In this document: in pieces, positions 31,996-41,568 of the stretch | Layout of the letters: the number at the start of each line of letters is the position of its first letter | Position numbering within the stretch: position 1 is the first letter of the stretch | Assembly (NCBI GenBank): GCA_963749655.1 | Contig: CAVVOB010000013.1 | Span: 262,685 to 326,684 of the forward strand | Source: Nitrospirota bacterium | Lineage (GTDB): Bacteria; Nitrospirota; UBA9217 | Reading direction: 5' to 3' | Length of the DNA: 64,000 nucleotides | Position numbers and translations under genes: made by a program | Notes under the pieces: model-generated | Told to the model about the DNA's origin: nothing | What the model saw: only the letters and a program-made list of their open reading frames with translations | Database searches by the model: none

Positions 31996-32024
31996 TTGAC
32001 AAAAACCAGCCTTACTGCTACCCT
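31996..32024 (+). promoter_or_regulatory. Candidate sigma70 promoter giving a leaderless mRNA
   Basis: TTGACA-N17-TACCCT with TG extension; ATG 5 nt after -10, no RBS. Confidence 0.5.
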
Positions 32025-32029
32025 CAATC

Positions 32030-32800
32030 ATGTCGGAGACGCTGAAATCCATTGATACCTGCCCGCATTGCGGCAACAAAATAGAAGAGAACCGGTACGT
32101 TGTGCGGCCGGACGGCTCATACCGCTGCGAGAACTGCTATTTCAACGACACCTATCTCGCCGGAGTCGTGCACAATATCGATACGGCACACCTGGTGACC
32201 CTCGAGGCCTTCGTGAACGCCATCGACGCACGGGAGCATGAAGTGGGCAACCACTCCCTGCGGGTCACTGAATTTTCGCTGATCATCGCAAATGCCTGCG
32301 ACGTCAGGGGCAGGGAGTTGGTCAACCTCTATTGCGGCGCGCTGCTCCACGATGTGGGCAAGATCGGCGTTCCCGATGCCGTGCTGCTCAAGGCGGGCCC
32401 CCTGACCGCCGAAGAACAGGCCGTCATGCACAAACACCCCGAGATCGGCTACCGGATCATCGGCCATATCGGTTATTTTCTCAAAGCGGCCGAGATCATC
32501 CGGTCGCACCACGAGCACTATGACGGATCGGGGTATCCGCGGGGGCTTCGCAAGGACGCAATCCCTCATGGCGCGAGGGTTTTTGCCATTGCCGACGCTC
32601 TTGATGCCCTGACGGTCAAACGACCTTACCGCGAAGCGCTCTCCTTTGAAGAGGCCATCGAGGAGATCATCAAAACGGCGGGAACGATCTATGACCCCGA
32701 CGTGGTGCAGGCCGCTCTCAAGGCATCCCGGGAACTCAAGGAGTACGTCGGAAGGATTGTTTTCAGCGCGCAGGGAGCTAAGCCGGAGAGCGAAGTATGA
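32030..32800 (+). CDS. HD-GYP phosphodiesterase with N-terminal Zn-ribbon
   Basis: CPHC..CENC, HDVGKIG, HHEHYDGSGYP, RPYR. Confidence 0.92.
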   Translation: MSETLKSIDTCPHCGNKIEENRYVVRPDGSYRCENCYFNDTYLAGVVHNIDTAHLVTLEAFVNAIDAREHEVGNHSLRVTEFSLIIANACDVRGRELVNLYCGALLHDVGKIGVPDAVLLKAGPLTAEEQAVMHKHPEIGYRIIGHIGYFLKAAEIIRSHHEHYDGSGYPRGLRKDAIPHGARVFAIADALDALTVKRPYREALSFEEAIEEIIKTAGTIYDPDVVQAALKASRELKEYVGRIVFSAQGAKPESEV

Positions 32801-33279
32801 CCGTCCTGATCGGGAGAAAGATCGGAATTGTCGTGCGTCAAGGCCTGACCATCCTGCTCCTCGTCCTCTTTTCCGCTGCTGCGTTCGGGGATACCTGTGA
32901 AAGCGTCGTGCGCGGCATCAACCGCGGGCTGAAGCCGAGGATCAACGAGCAGGAACTCGTCACGGTGCTGAAAACACTGAACCGGACCGGGAACAAAAGC
33001 CTGCCCGATAAATTCGTGACAAAACGGCAGGCCCGTATCGCCGGATGGCGGCCCGGGAAGAACCTGTGGGTATTCGTGGCGCTGAAGGGCAAGAGCCTCG
33101 GCGGCGACGAATTCAAAAACCTGGAGAAACGGCTGCCTCCCGCTCACTGGCGCGAGGCGGACCTCGGTTACCACGGAGGCCGCAGAGGCCCGAAGCGGCT
33201 GATCTTCTCTTCGGAGGGGAAACGGATGGTGACGGTCGACCATTACCGGACGTTCATCGAGGTGCCTGCATGCCGGTAG
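32797..33279 (+). CDS. Secreted barnase-like ribonuclease
   Basis: Signal peptide; WREADL..GRRGPKRLIFS..DHY catalytic pattern. Confidence 0.9.
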   Translation: MTVLIGRKIGIVVRQGLTILLLVLFSAAAFGDTCESVVRGINRGLKPRINEQELVTVLKTLNRTGNKSLPDKFVTKRQARIAGWRPGKNLWVFVALKGKSLGGDEFKNLEKRLPPAHWREADLGYHGGRRGPKRLIFSSEGKRMVTVDHYRTFIEVPACR

Positions 33280-33554
33280 GGAGAAAACGCTGCGTCCTGA
33301 ACGGACTCACCCTGCAATCCATTGATGATTTCTATCGTGAATTGATGCAGCAGCTCAAATTGCCGACTGATTTCGGCCGCAATCTCGACGCCCTGTGGGA
33401 CGTACTGACCACCGATATCAAAGGGCCCTTTGAGATCGTCTGGGAGCAGGCTTACCTGTCCAAGCTGGCGCTCGGGCCCAATTATGACCGTATCCTGCGT
33501 CTCTTGAGAAACCTGGAAAGGGAGCGGGACGACTTTACATTCACGCTTACATGA
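33270..33554 (+). CDS. Barstar family inhibitor
   Basis: FGRNLDALWDVL; overlaps RNase 3' end. Confidence 0.92.
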   Translation: MPVGRKRCVLNGLTLQSIDDFYRELMQQLKLPTDFGRNLDALWDVLTTDIKGPFEIVWEQAYLSKLALGPNYDRILRLLRNLERERDDFTFTLT

Positions 33555-33670
33555 CGTGGCGTGGATGTTACGAATAGTGACTCAAGAAACAACTTGAGAT
33601 GTTCTGCTGAACAGAAATAGAATTTGACAGCAACAAGGTGCGGTGATAAGTATAATAAAAGGACAAAACG

Positions 33671-33757
33671 GATCCCGATAAAGCCGATCCCTTCGTGAGA
33701 GGGGTGGGGAAAGCGACGGGTCTTCCGGGGGGGAGATGGCCGAGCTGCCGAAGGATT
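33671..33757 (+). ncRNA. c-di-GMP-I (GEMM-I) riboswitch, variant
   Basis: CGAUAAAGCC-GAU-CCCUUC-GUGA-GAGGGG-UGG-GGAAAGC..GGGUCU..AGAUGGCC..CUGCCGAA; P1 GAUCC/GGAUU; competing hairpin CCGAAGG/CCUUCGG and U-run downstream. Confidence 0.75.
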
Positions 33758-33870
33758 AAACCTTCGGTGTGCCCGGCCCTTTTTTTTTCCGGCAGGCACC
33801 CTGGACATTCGGTGCCGATTTCAGGGGCAGCTGCAGTCCGGCAATGCCGGACGTGAAAGGAGGATGTGAT

Positions 33871-34320
33871 ATGAATACCAAGACTGTCAAACAGGTGCTT
33901 CGCGTGAAGGGCCAGGGATTCGCCGGGATCGGACCCGAGGCAACGGCCTATGACGCCCTCGAAATCATGGCGGAAAAGAACATCGGCGCCCTGCTCGTCG
34001 TGGAAGACGGCAAGCTCGTCGGCGTGTTCTCGGAGCGTGATTACGCGCGCAAGGTGATCCTGAAGGGAAAATCATCGAAGAATACCGTTGTCCGGGACCT
34101 GATGAGCGCACCGCCGATCTGCGTTGATCCGGCCACGACGCTGCGCGAGTGCATGGTCCTGATGACCGAAAACCGGATCCGCCATCTTCCGGTCCTTACC
34201 GAAGGCGTGCTGACCGGCGTCGTAAGCATCGGCGACGTCGTCAATATGATCATATCGGATCAGGAGTCGACCATCGAGGAGCTCGAAGAATACATCGCCG
34301 GAACGGGATACCGGGCATAG
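33871..34320 (+). CDS. CBS-pair domain protein
   Basis: NIGALLV..GVFSERDY, RIRHLPV..SIGDVV; AGGAGG RBS. Confidence 0.92.
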   Translation: MNTKTVKQVLRVKGQGFAGIGPEATAYDALEIMAEKNIGALLVVEDGKLVGVFSERDYARKVILKGKSSKNTVVRDLMSAPPICVDPATTLRECMVLMTENRIRHLPVLTEGVLTGVVSIGDVVNMIISDQESTIEELEEYIAGTGYRA

Positions 34321-34449
34321 ACAGTCCTGGCTTTCAGCGGGCGACAGAGGTATGATGCGAATCATAGCGTGCCGGTGGGCGGCTGATTTATAATTCCTTC
34401 ACGGCTGAAAACAGGGCCGAACGGAATTATCCGCTCAAGGAGGCAGGCT

Positions 34450-34671
34450 ATGAAAGAACTCGATGTGACGACAATCGCTCCGAAAGACAGACATCCCCTG
34501 ATCTTCAGGATGTTCGACGAGCTGGCAACAGGCGATGCACTGGTCCTGACCAATGACCACGATCCCAAGCCGTTGTATTATGTTTTTCTCCATGAACGGG
34601 AAGGACGGTTCAGCTGGGATTACCAGGCAGAGGGCCCGGAGGTCTGGAAGGTAAGGATCGCGAAGAAGTAG
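34450..34671 (+). CDS. DUF2249 family protein
   Basis: LDV..RHPLIF..NDHDPKPL..GPEVW. Confidence 0.85.
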   Translation: MKELDVTTIAPKDRHPLIFRMFDELATGDALVLTNDHDPKPLYYVFLHEREGRFSWDYQAEGPEVWKVRIAKK

Positions 34672-34727
34672 GAATTATAGCTGAAAAACAGCAGGGAAAT
34701 AATTTTTTGACTGAAGCGAGGACATCT

Positions 34728-34907
34728 ATGGTTCCCAACATCGATTACAGCCTGTGCCAGGGCTGCGGCGGCTGCTCGGACGCTTTTCCTGATTTCTTTG
34801 AATTCCGTGACGACCGGGCCTGGGTCATCAATGCGGCCAGGTTCCGGGCGGAAGAGCACAAGGGTATTCTCAAGGTCTGTCCCTATTACGCCATTACGCT
34901 TGTTTAG
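34728..34907 (+). CDS. Small monocluster ferredoxin
   Basis: CQGCGGC...CP, 59 aa. Confidence 0.8.
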   Translation: MVPNIDYSLCQGCGGCSDAFPDFFEFRDDRAWVINAARFRAEEHKGILKVCPYYAITLV

Positions 34908-35038
34908 AAAGCCTTATCAACCACAGATAAACACAGATAACCACAAATGGGGCGGCCGGGCTAAACTAAAATGAATAAGGTTTCCTGCTTTCATCCGTGT
35001 CAATCCGTGTTCATCCGTGGTTCCAACCGTCTTTTCTC

Positions 35039-37155
35039 TTAATGGAATTTCCTTCCCGACACCGCCATTTCAAGAAGGGTTGACGGCGGAGCGTATCGGT
35101 CTCCGAATCGCGCTGCGTAGTGCCCGAACTTTTCGACAAGGGCCTTGGCCCCGATCTTGTCCGCATACCTGAGCAGGCCTCCGCGGAAGGGAGGGAAACC
35201 GATGCCGAAGATCAGCGCGGCGTCGAGGAGCGCGGGCGAGTCGATGACCCGTTCTTCCAGACAGAGGACCGCCTCCTTGATCATGAGCAGAATGGCACGG
35301 TCCGTGATCTCTTCCGGCCCGGCTGTTTTCCCCGGTCCGGGCTTCGTCATCTTTCCGTAGATCGCGGGATCGGGGTCTCCCCGTCTCCGCCCGTGGTAGC
35401 GGTAAAAACCCTTGCCGTTCTTTTTCCCGAAATACCCTTCATTATATAATACGCCGAGCAGAGGGGCCGGCTTGACCCGGTCGCCAAGCCCCTGGATGCA
35501 GGATGTCGGCGACCTTGTGCGCCACGTCAATGCCGATTTCGTCGAGCAGAATAAAGGCGCCCATCGGCATGCCGAAGGCAAGGAGCGCGCTGTCGACATC
35601 TTCGATCCTGTTGCCTTCTTCGAGCAGTACGGCAGCTTCGTTCATGTAGGGCATGAGGATGCGGTTCACGAGGAAGCCCGGAGCGTCATTCACGATCACC
35701 GGAAGCTTCCCCAGTCTGCGCGCGAGCGTCGCAACCGCGGCAACGGCCTCTGCCGACGTGCTCTTGCCGCGCACCACCTCGACGAGCGGCATCTTTTCAA
35801 CGGGATTGAAGAAGTGCATGCCCACGACACGGTCGGGTCGGCGGGAGACCGCGGCCATGTCGGTTATGGAAAGGGAGGACGTGTTCGAAGCGAAGATGGC
35901 GTTCTCCGGCGCGGCCTTCTCAAAATCGCGGAGCACCGACTTCTTTATATCCATGTTTTCGACCACGGCCTCAACGGCAAGGTCGGTTCTGCTGAAGCCG
36001 GTGTATTCGGTCGTTCCGGTGATGCGGTCGAGGCCGTCGCGCGCCTGGATCGGCGTCACGATCCCCCTCTTCTGCCGTTTTTTGAATATCCGGGCAGCCT
36101 CCCTGAGCCCTGCTCCCACTGCTTTCGTATTGATGTCCTTCATCCTCACGAAAAGCCCCTTTTCAGCAAAGAGCTGGGCGATGCCGCCGCCCATGATCCC
36201 GGCGCCGAGCACGGCCGCACGCTTGATCCTCACCAACGAGGGTTGGGGGTCCTTTTTCAGAGCTTCGTTCAGATAGAATACGGATATGAGGTTCTTTGAC
36301 GTTACCGTGGGAGCAAGTTCTGCAATGGTTTTCGCTTCGTTCCGATATCCTGCTTCGATTCCGCGGGTCAGGCCGTATCGAATCGCTTCCAGCGCGGCAA
36401 GGGGCGCAGGATAGTTGCCGCGCGTCTCCCGGAGAATGATCTTTTGCGCCGTACGGTAGATGAGCATCCTCGTAAGCGGATTTCCTTCTGCCAGCTTTAT
36501 GAGGAACGGCCGCCTTGCCCGCACCGTGGTGGGGCGGGGTTTTCCGATCTGGTGCTTCACCAGGGAAACGGCCCTGTCCAGAAGTATTTCCCGGAAGGTG
36601 ACTTCGTCGGCCAGCCCGATCTTCCGGGCTTTTTTTGCATAAACTGATTTGCCGGTGACGATCATGTCGATGGCGTTCGTCAGACCGACCAGGCGCGGCA
36701 AGCGCTGGGTGCCGCCGAAGCCGGGGATGATGCCGAGCTTGACTTCAGGAGCGCCGAGCGCGGTTTTCTGATCATTGCTGATCACGCGATAGGCGCAGGC
36801 AAGGGCGAGTTCCAGCCCTCCGCCGAAGCAGGGGCCGTGTATCGCCGCCACCGTAGGAAAGGGAAGGGCTTCGAGCTTGGCGAAGATCGCCTGTCCTCTG
36901 TGCGGCAAGCTTTTCTCCGGCTTCGGGGGCGGTGATGTCCCTGATTTCGGCAATATCGGCGCCCACTATGAAATTTCCCTCCTTGCCGCTGCGGATTACG
37001 AGGGCTTTGATGTCCCGCTTCGAAGCAAGCTCGTCGAGTATTCCGTTCAGTTCCTCCATGACCGGCGTGGTGAGTTTGTTCACCTTTTCGCCCGGAAGGT
37101 CGAACGTGAGAATTGCGACGCCGTCGTTTTTGATCGCGTAGCTAAATGATGACAT
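35039..37155 (-). CDS. fadJ: Fatty acid oxidation complex alpha subunit (enoyl-CoA hydratase/3-hydroxyacyl-CoA dehydrogenase), two frameshifts (~36905, ~35495)
   Basis: [44 protein letters not shown] across three ORFs. Confidence 0.88.
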
Positions 37156-37365
37156 AAGATTTCCTTTTTTGACAGGATAACAGGATAAAATCGGATTTAA
37201 GACATCGAGTATTTTTTATCCTGTCGATCCTGTTATCCCGTCTAGAATTGCGACGCCGTCCTTGTTCATTATCGTAGGTAAATGCCGGCATGAAATATTT
37301 CCCTCTATAAAGGTGTGCGGTGTTGGTAATCCTGGTCCCTTGCCCTTGACCCTGGCCCCTGGACC

Positions 37366-38649
37366 CTATGTTCTCTCCACGATCATCGCCCCGCCCTGGC
37401 CTCCTCCGATGCAGAGCGTTGCCAGACCCGTAGACAGACCGCGCCGCTCCATTTCCTTCAGCAGCGTGATGACGATCCTGAGGCCGGACGCTCCCACGGG
37501 ATGGCCGACGGCGATCGCTCCGCCGTTCACGTTCATGATGTCCCGCCTCCATTCTCCGATGGGATTTTCGCCCGGCAGGTGTTTGGCAAAATACTCCTTC
37601 GAAACAGCGGCCCGCTCAACAGCGATGATCTGCGCGGCAAAGGCCTCGTTCAGTTCGATAAGGTCGATGTCCTTCATGGTCATACCGGCCAGTTTCAGCG
37701 CCTTGTGGGCCGCATAGAGCGGACTGATACCCATGCGCGAGGGATCGAAGCCGGCAAAGGCGACGGCCCTGATCGTGCCCAGGGGCCGGTATCCCCGATT
37801 GCGTGCCGTTGTGCCGTTCATGATGATCGCCGCTGCCGCGCCGTCGGTTATGGGGGACGAGTTCCCGGCGGTCACGGTCCCGGTGCGCTTGTCGAAATAG
37901 GGCCTCAGCCGGGCCAGCATCTCCCCGGTCTCGTCCCTGCGCGGTCCCACGTCCTCTTCCACGGCCTCGAACTTCGGAGGAACATAATAAGGTACGATCT
38001 CGTTCCTGAATTTGCCTGCCTCGTTCGCAGCGGCCCAGCGGCGGTGGCTTTCGAGGGCATACTCGTCCTGCTCCCGCCGCGTGATCCCGAAGTCGCGAAC
38101 GAGCACCTCGGCTGTTTCGCCCATAATAAGGCCGGAGATCGGATCGGTCAGGCCCTCGATCAGTCCCACGACGGGAACGAAGTCCCCGGGCCTGAGCGAC
38201 AGGACGGCCCGGATCCTGGCGACAATCGTCTTCGAGCGCTGCACCGTCGTTATGACGTCGCGAAGCTTCTTCTTCATATAGAAGGCGTAGTTGGACATGG
38301 ATTCCACGCCGCCGACGAGAACGCTGTCGCTCATGCCTGCCAGGATCTGGGTGTAGGCGCTCGCCGCCGCCTGCATGCCCGAGGCGCAGTTTCGCTGAAC
38401 GCTGTAGGCGGGAATGCGCTCGGGGATGCCGGCGCGCAGGGCGATCACCCGGGCTATATTCGCGGCCTCGGCAGGCATGCCTGCATTGCCCACGATGACC
38501 TCGTCGACGGTTTCGGGGTCCACGCCCGTCCGCGCGACGATTTCCTTCATGACTTCCGCTCCCAGGTCTACTGCAGGAACGTCCTTGAAGGCCGTGCCTG
38601 CCTTTGCAAAGGGTGTGCGCACCCCGTCCAGAATGACGACGTCTTTCAT
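37366..38649 (-). CDS. fadI: Acetyl-CoA C-acyltransferase (thiolase)
   Basis: RNCASG, NEAFA, GHPVGASG, LCIGGGQG. Confidence 0.9.
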   Translation of the reverse strand: MKDVVILDGVRTPFAKAGTAFKDVPAVDLGAEVMKEIVARTGVDPETVDEVIVGNAGMPAEAANIARVIALRAGIPERIPAYSVQRNCASGMQAAASAYTQILAGMSDSVLVGGVESMSNYAFYMKKKLRDVITTVQRSKTIVARIRAVLSLRPGDFVPVVGLIEGLTDPISGLIMGETAEVLVRDFGITRREQDEYALESHRRWAAANEAGKFRNEIVPYYVPPKFEAVEEDVGPRRDETGEMLARLRPYFDKRTGTVTAGNSSPITDGAAAAIIMNGTTARNRGYRPLGTIRAVAFAGFDPSRMGISPLYAAHKALKLAGMTMKDIDLIELNEAFAAQIIAVERAAVSKEYFAKHLPGENPIGEWRRDIMNVNGGAIAVGHPVGASGLRIVITLLKEMERRGLSTGLATLCIGGGQGGAMIVERT

Positions 38650-38697
38650 AAAAACCTCGATTCTCTTACCGCAAATATAAACCGGGAAAAGCAGTTT

Positions 38698-39432
38698 AAC
38701 CACAGGTTCTGCTTCGCAGAACACACAGATGAACACAGAGAAAAAAACAAATTCTTAATGTCGTGTCTCATGGTTTTTATCCGTGTTAATCCGTGTTCAT
38801 CCGTGGTTCCAAGATTTGTCTTTTAATCACAGGTTCTGCTTCGCAGAACACACAGATGAACACAGAGAAAAAAACAAATTCTTAATGTCGTGTCTCATGG
38901 TTTTTATCCGTGTTAATCCGTGTTCATCCGTGGTTCCAAGATTTGTCTTTTAATCACGGGTACTGCTTCGCAGAACACACTGATGAACACAGAGAAAGAA
39001 ACCAAATTCTTAATGTTGTGTCTCATGGCTTTTATCCGTGTTAATCCGTGGTTCCAAGATTTGTCTTTTAATCACGGGTCCTGCTTCGCAGAACACACAA
39101 ATGAACACAGAGAAGAAACCAAATTCTTAATGTTGTGTCTCATGGTTTTCATCCGTGTTAATCTGTGTTCATCCGTGGTTCCAATATTAGATTTGCCTCT
39201 TAAACCACAGGTTCTGCTTCGCAGAACACACAGATGAACACAGAGGGGAAAGCCAGATCCTGATGTCTCAAACCACGGGTACACCGAAGCTATCATCTGT
39301 GTTTATCCGTGTTCATCTGTGGTTCAAATATCAGATTGCCTCTTATCGGCGTTTATCCGTGTTCACCCCGCGTAGAAGTTCAATTTCTAACGGAGTTCAT
39401 CCGTGGTTCCAAAAAGTAGTTATCCGTGGTTG
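38698..39432. repeat. Tandem array of five ~118-133 bp palindromic units plus partial ends
   Basis: Units start at 38698, 38825, 38952, 39070, 39203; each has GTTCTGCTTCGCAGAAC-like hairpin, GATGAACAC and complementary ATCCGTGTT/ATCCGTGGTT. Confidence 0.92.
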
Positions 39433-39443
39433 CCGGTTCTTTT

Positions 39444-41148
39444 TTACGCCGCTTTCTTCTTCATCTCTTCTTCGCGCAGCACCCTGCGGAGCACTTTGCC
39501 CACCAGGGTCTTCGGGAGCTGAGCTCGGAATTCGATCTCCTTCGGGACCTTGAACTTGGACAGCTGTTCTTTGCAGAAGTCGATTATTTCCCCGGCTGTG
39601 GCGGTCATGCCTTCCTTCAGCACCACGTAGGCCTTGATCTTCTCTGCCGAGATATTCCTCGTGCGGGAGCCCGACGACCACGGCTTCCTTCACCTTCGGA
39701 TGCATGTAGAGCACTTCCTCGACCTCGCGGGGGTAGACGTTTTCGCCCACGGTCTTGATCATGTCCTTGATGCGGTCGACGATGAAGAAGTATCCCTCCT
39801 CGTCCATCTTGGCGATGTCGCCGGTATGGAGCCATCCGCCCCGCAGCGCCGATGCGGTCTCGTCCGTCTTGTTCCAGTAGCCCTGCATTACCTGCGGCCC
39901 CCTGACCACGAGCTCCCCGGTCTCGCCCACGGGCAGGTCCTTCAGGCCGGTTTCAATGTCCACGATTCTGGCGTCGGTGTCCGGGAAAGGAAGGCCGATA
40001 CTCCCGTTCTTCCTCCTGCCGAAGAGGGGGTTGCAGTGGGTCACCGGCGACGCCTCGGACAGCCCGTAGCCTTCGACGATGCGCGCGCCGGTCAGATGCT
40101 CGAACCGGTCCTGCACTTCCCGCATGAGGGGGCCGGCCCCGCTGATCGCGGCCTTGATGGAGGTAAGGTCGTATTTTTGGATGTCGGGGTAGCTGCCGAT
40201 CGCGAGATACATGGCCTGGATCCCCGGGAAGATCGTGGGCCGGTACCTGCTGATGAACTTGAGGACCTCCCGGGTGTGAAATTTCGGGATCAGGATCAAT
40301 TCTGCGCCGATCAGCACGCCCAGGTTCATGGCGGTGGACATGCCGTATACATGGAAGAAGGGAAGCGCGGCAAGGATCCGTTCCTCTCCTTCTTTTTTCA
40401 CGCCGAGCCAGGCTTTGTGCTGCACCACGTTCACGATGAGATTCCGGTGGGTCAGGACCGCCCCCTTGGGGATGCCCGTGGTTCCGCCCGTATACTGCAG
40501 GAGCGCAATATCGTTCGTCGAGACGTCGGCCGCAACCGGAGCAGCCGGCGCTTTCCCGATCAGGGACAGAAAGTCGTGTATCGGGGGCACCCGCCGCACG
40601 CTCACCCATTGCTTCTCGATCCTCGCCTTTATCGGATAGAGCTGCTTCAGGGGAAAGGGAAGATAGTCCCTGATGCCGCAGAGGATCAGGTTCCGGACCT
40701 TCGTCCTGGGCAGAACGCGGGAAATGACGGGATAGAACATATCCACGGCCACGAGCGTTTCGGCGCCGCTGTCCTTGAGCTGGACCTCGAGCTCGTGCTC
40801 ATGGTAAAGGGGGTTGGTGGCCACCCCGACGGCGCCCATCCGCAGCGCCCCGTAATAGGCGATGACCATCTGGGGAATGTTGGGAAGCATGAGCGCCACG
40901 CGGTCCCCTTTTTTTACGCCCAGTCCAAGAAGCGCGTTTGCAAAGCGGTGTGCAAGACCGTCCAGCTCTGCATAGGTGATCTTATTCCCGTAGAACAGCA
41001 GCGCCGTATGGTCCGGGAACTTTGACGTCGTCAGGGAAAGGACGCCGCCGAGCGTAACATCGGGGTAGGGGAGTGCGGCCGGTATGCCTGCTTCATAGTA
41101 TTTGAGCCAGGGGAAACTGCTCGCGGGACGGGAAATTACATCGGTCAT
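39444..41148 (-). CDS. fadD: Long-chain fatty acid-CoA ligase, frameshift near 39645
   Basis: [26 protein letters not shown]; C-terminal LPKTLVGK in the shifted frame. Confidence 0.9.
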
Positions 41149-41527
41149 ACGCACCTCCTGCCGATCTGCAGGGGTCTCGTGCTCCTGCAGGCAATGGATC
41201 CGGGACCTGATCTATCCTGAATATTTCTAGTACTATTATACCACGGTGGGAACACCAGGGTTTGGAAGCGGCGCGGCGATTATTGCGCCGGTAAGACAGA
41301 GAATCCGGACGTTCTCTGAGGGATCATTTCTCAAATTCTAATTATGAATTGGTCCTTGTTAAAAGCTGACAGCTTCATTTGTCCGATGTCCGTTACCTCT
41401 GCAACAGGCGTTTTATCGGAGGGAGGGCGACGGTAGCAAATGTGATTGGGGGGGGGGCGATTCGGATTCTGTAGGTGTATTTATATAGGTTAGGTGAGAT
41501 TCAGATTTGTAGGTGAGATTCAGATTC

Positions 41528-41555
41528 GTAGGGGCAATTCATGAATTGCCCCTAC
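41528..41555. repeat. REP-like perfect 28-bp palindrome
   Basis: GTAGGGGCAATTCATGAATTGCCCCTAC, preceded by two TAGGTGAGATTCAGATT repeats. Confidence 0.8.
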
Positions 41556-41568
41556 AGGATATAGGATA

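Noticed and set aside
33624-33656. TTGACA...TATAAT promoter before the riboswitch
   Set aside because: Spacing is 21 nt, so the exact boxes cannot be assigned although a promoter is likely nearby
38698-39432. Possible CRISPR array
   Set aside because: Whole units repeat with no unique spacers, the period is ~127 bp and no cas genes are present
35039-41148. fadJ/fadD as pseudogenes or programmed frameshifts
   Set aside because: All breaks are single +1 insertions without slippery sites or other decay; sequencing error is more likely
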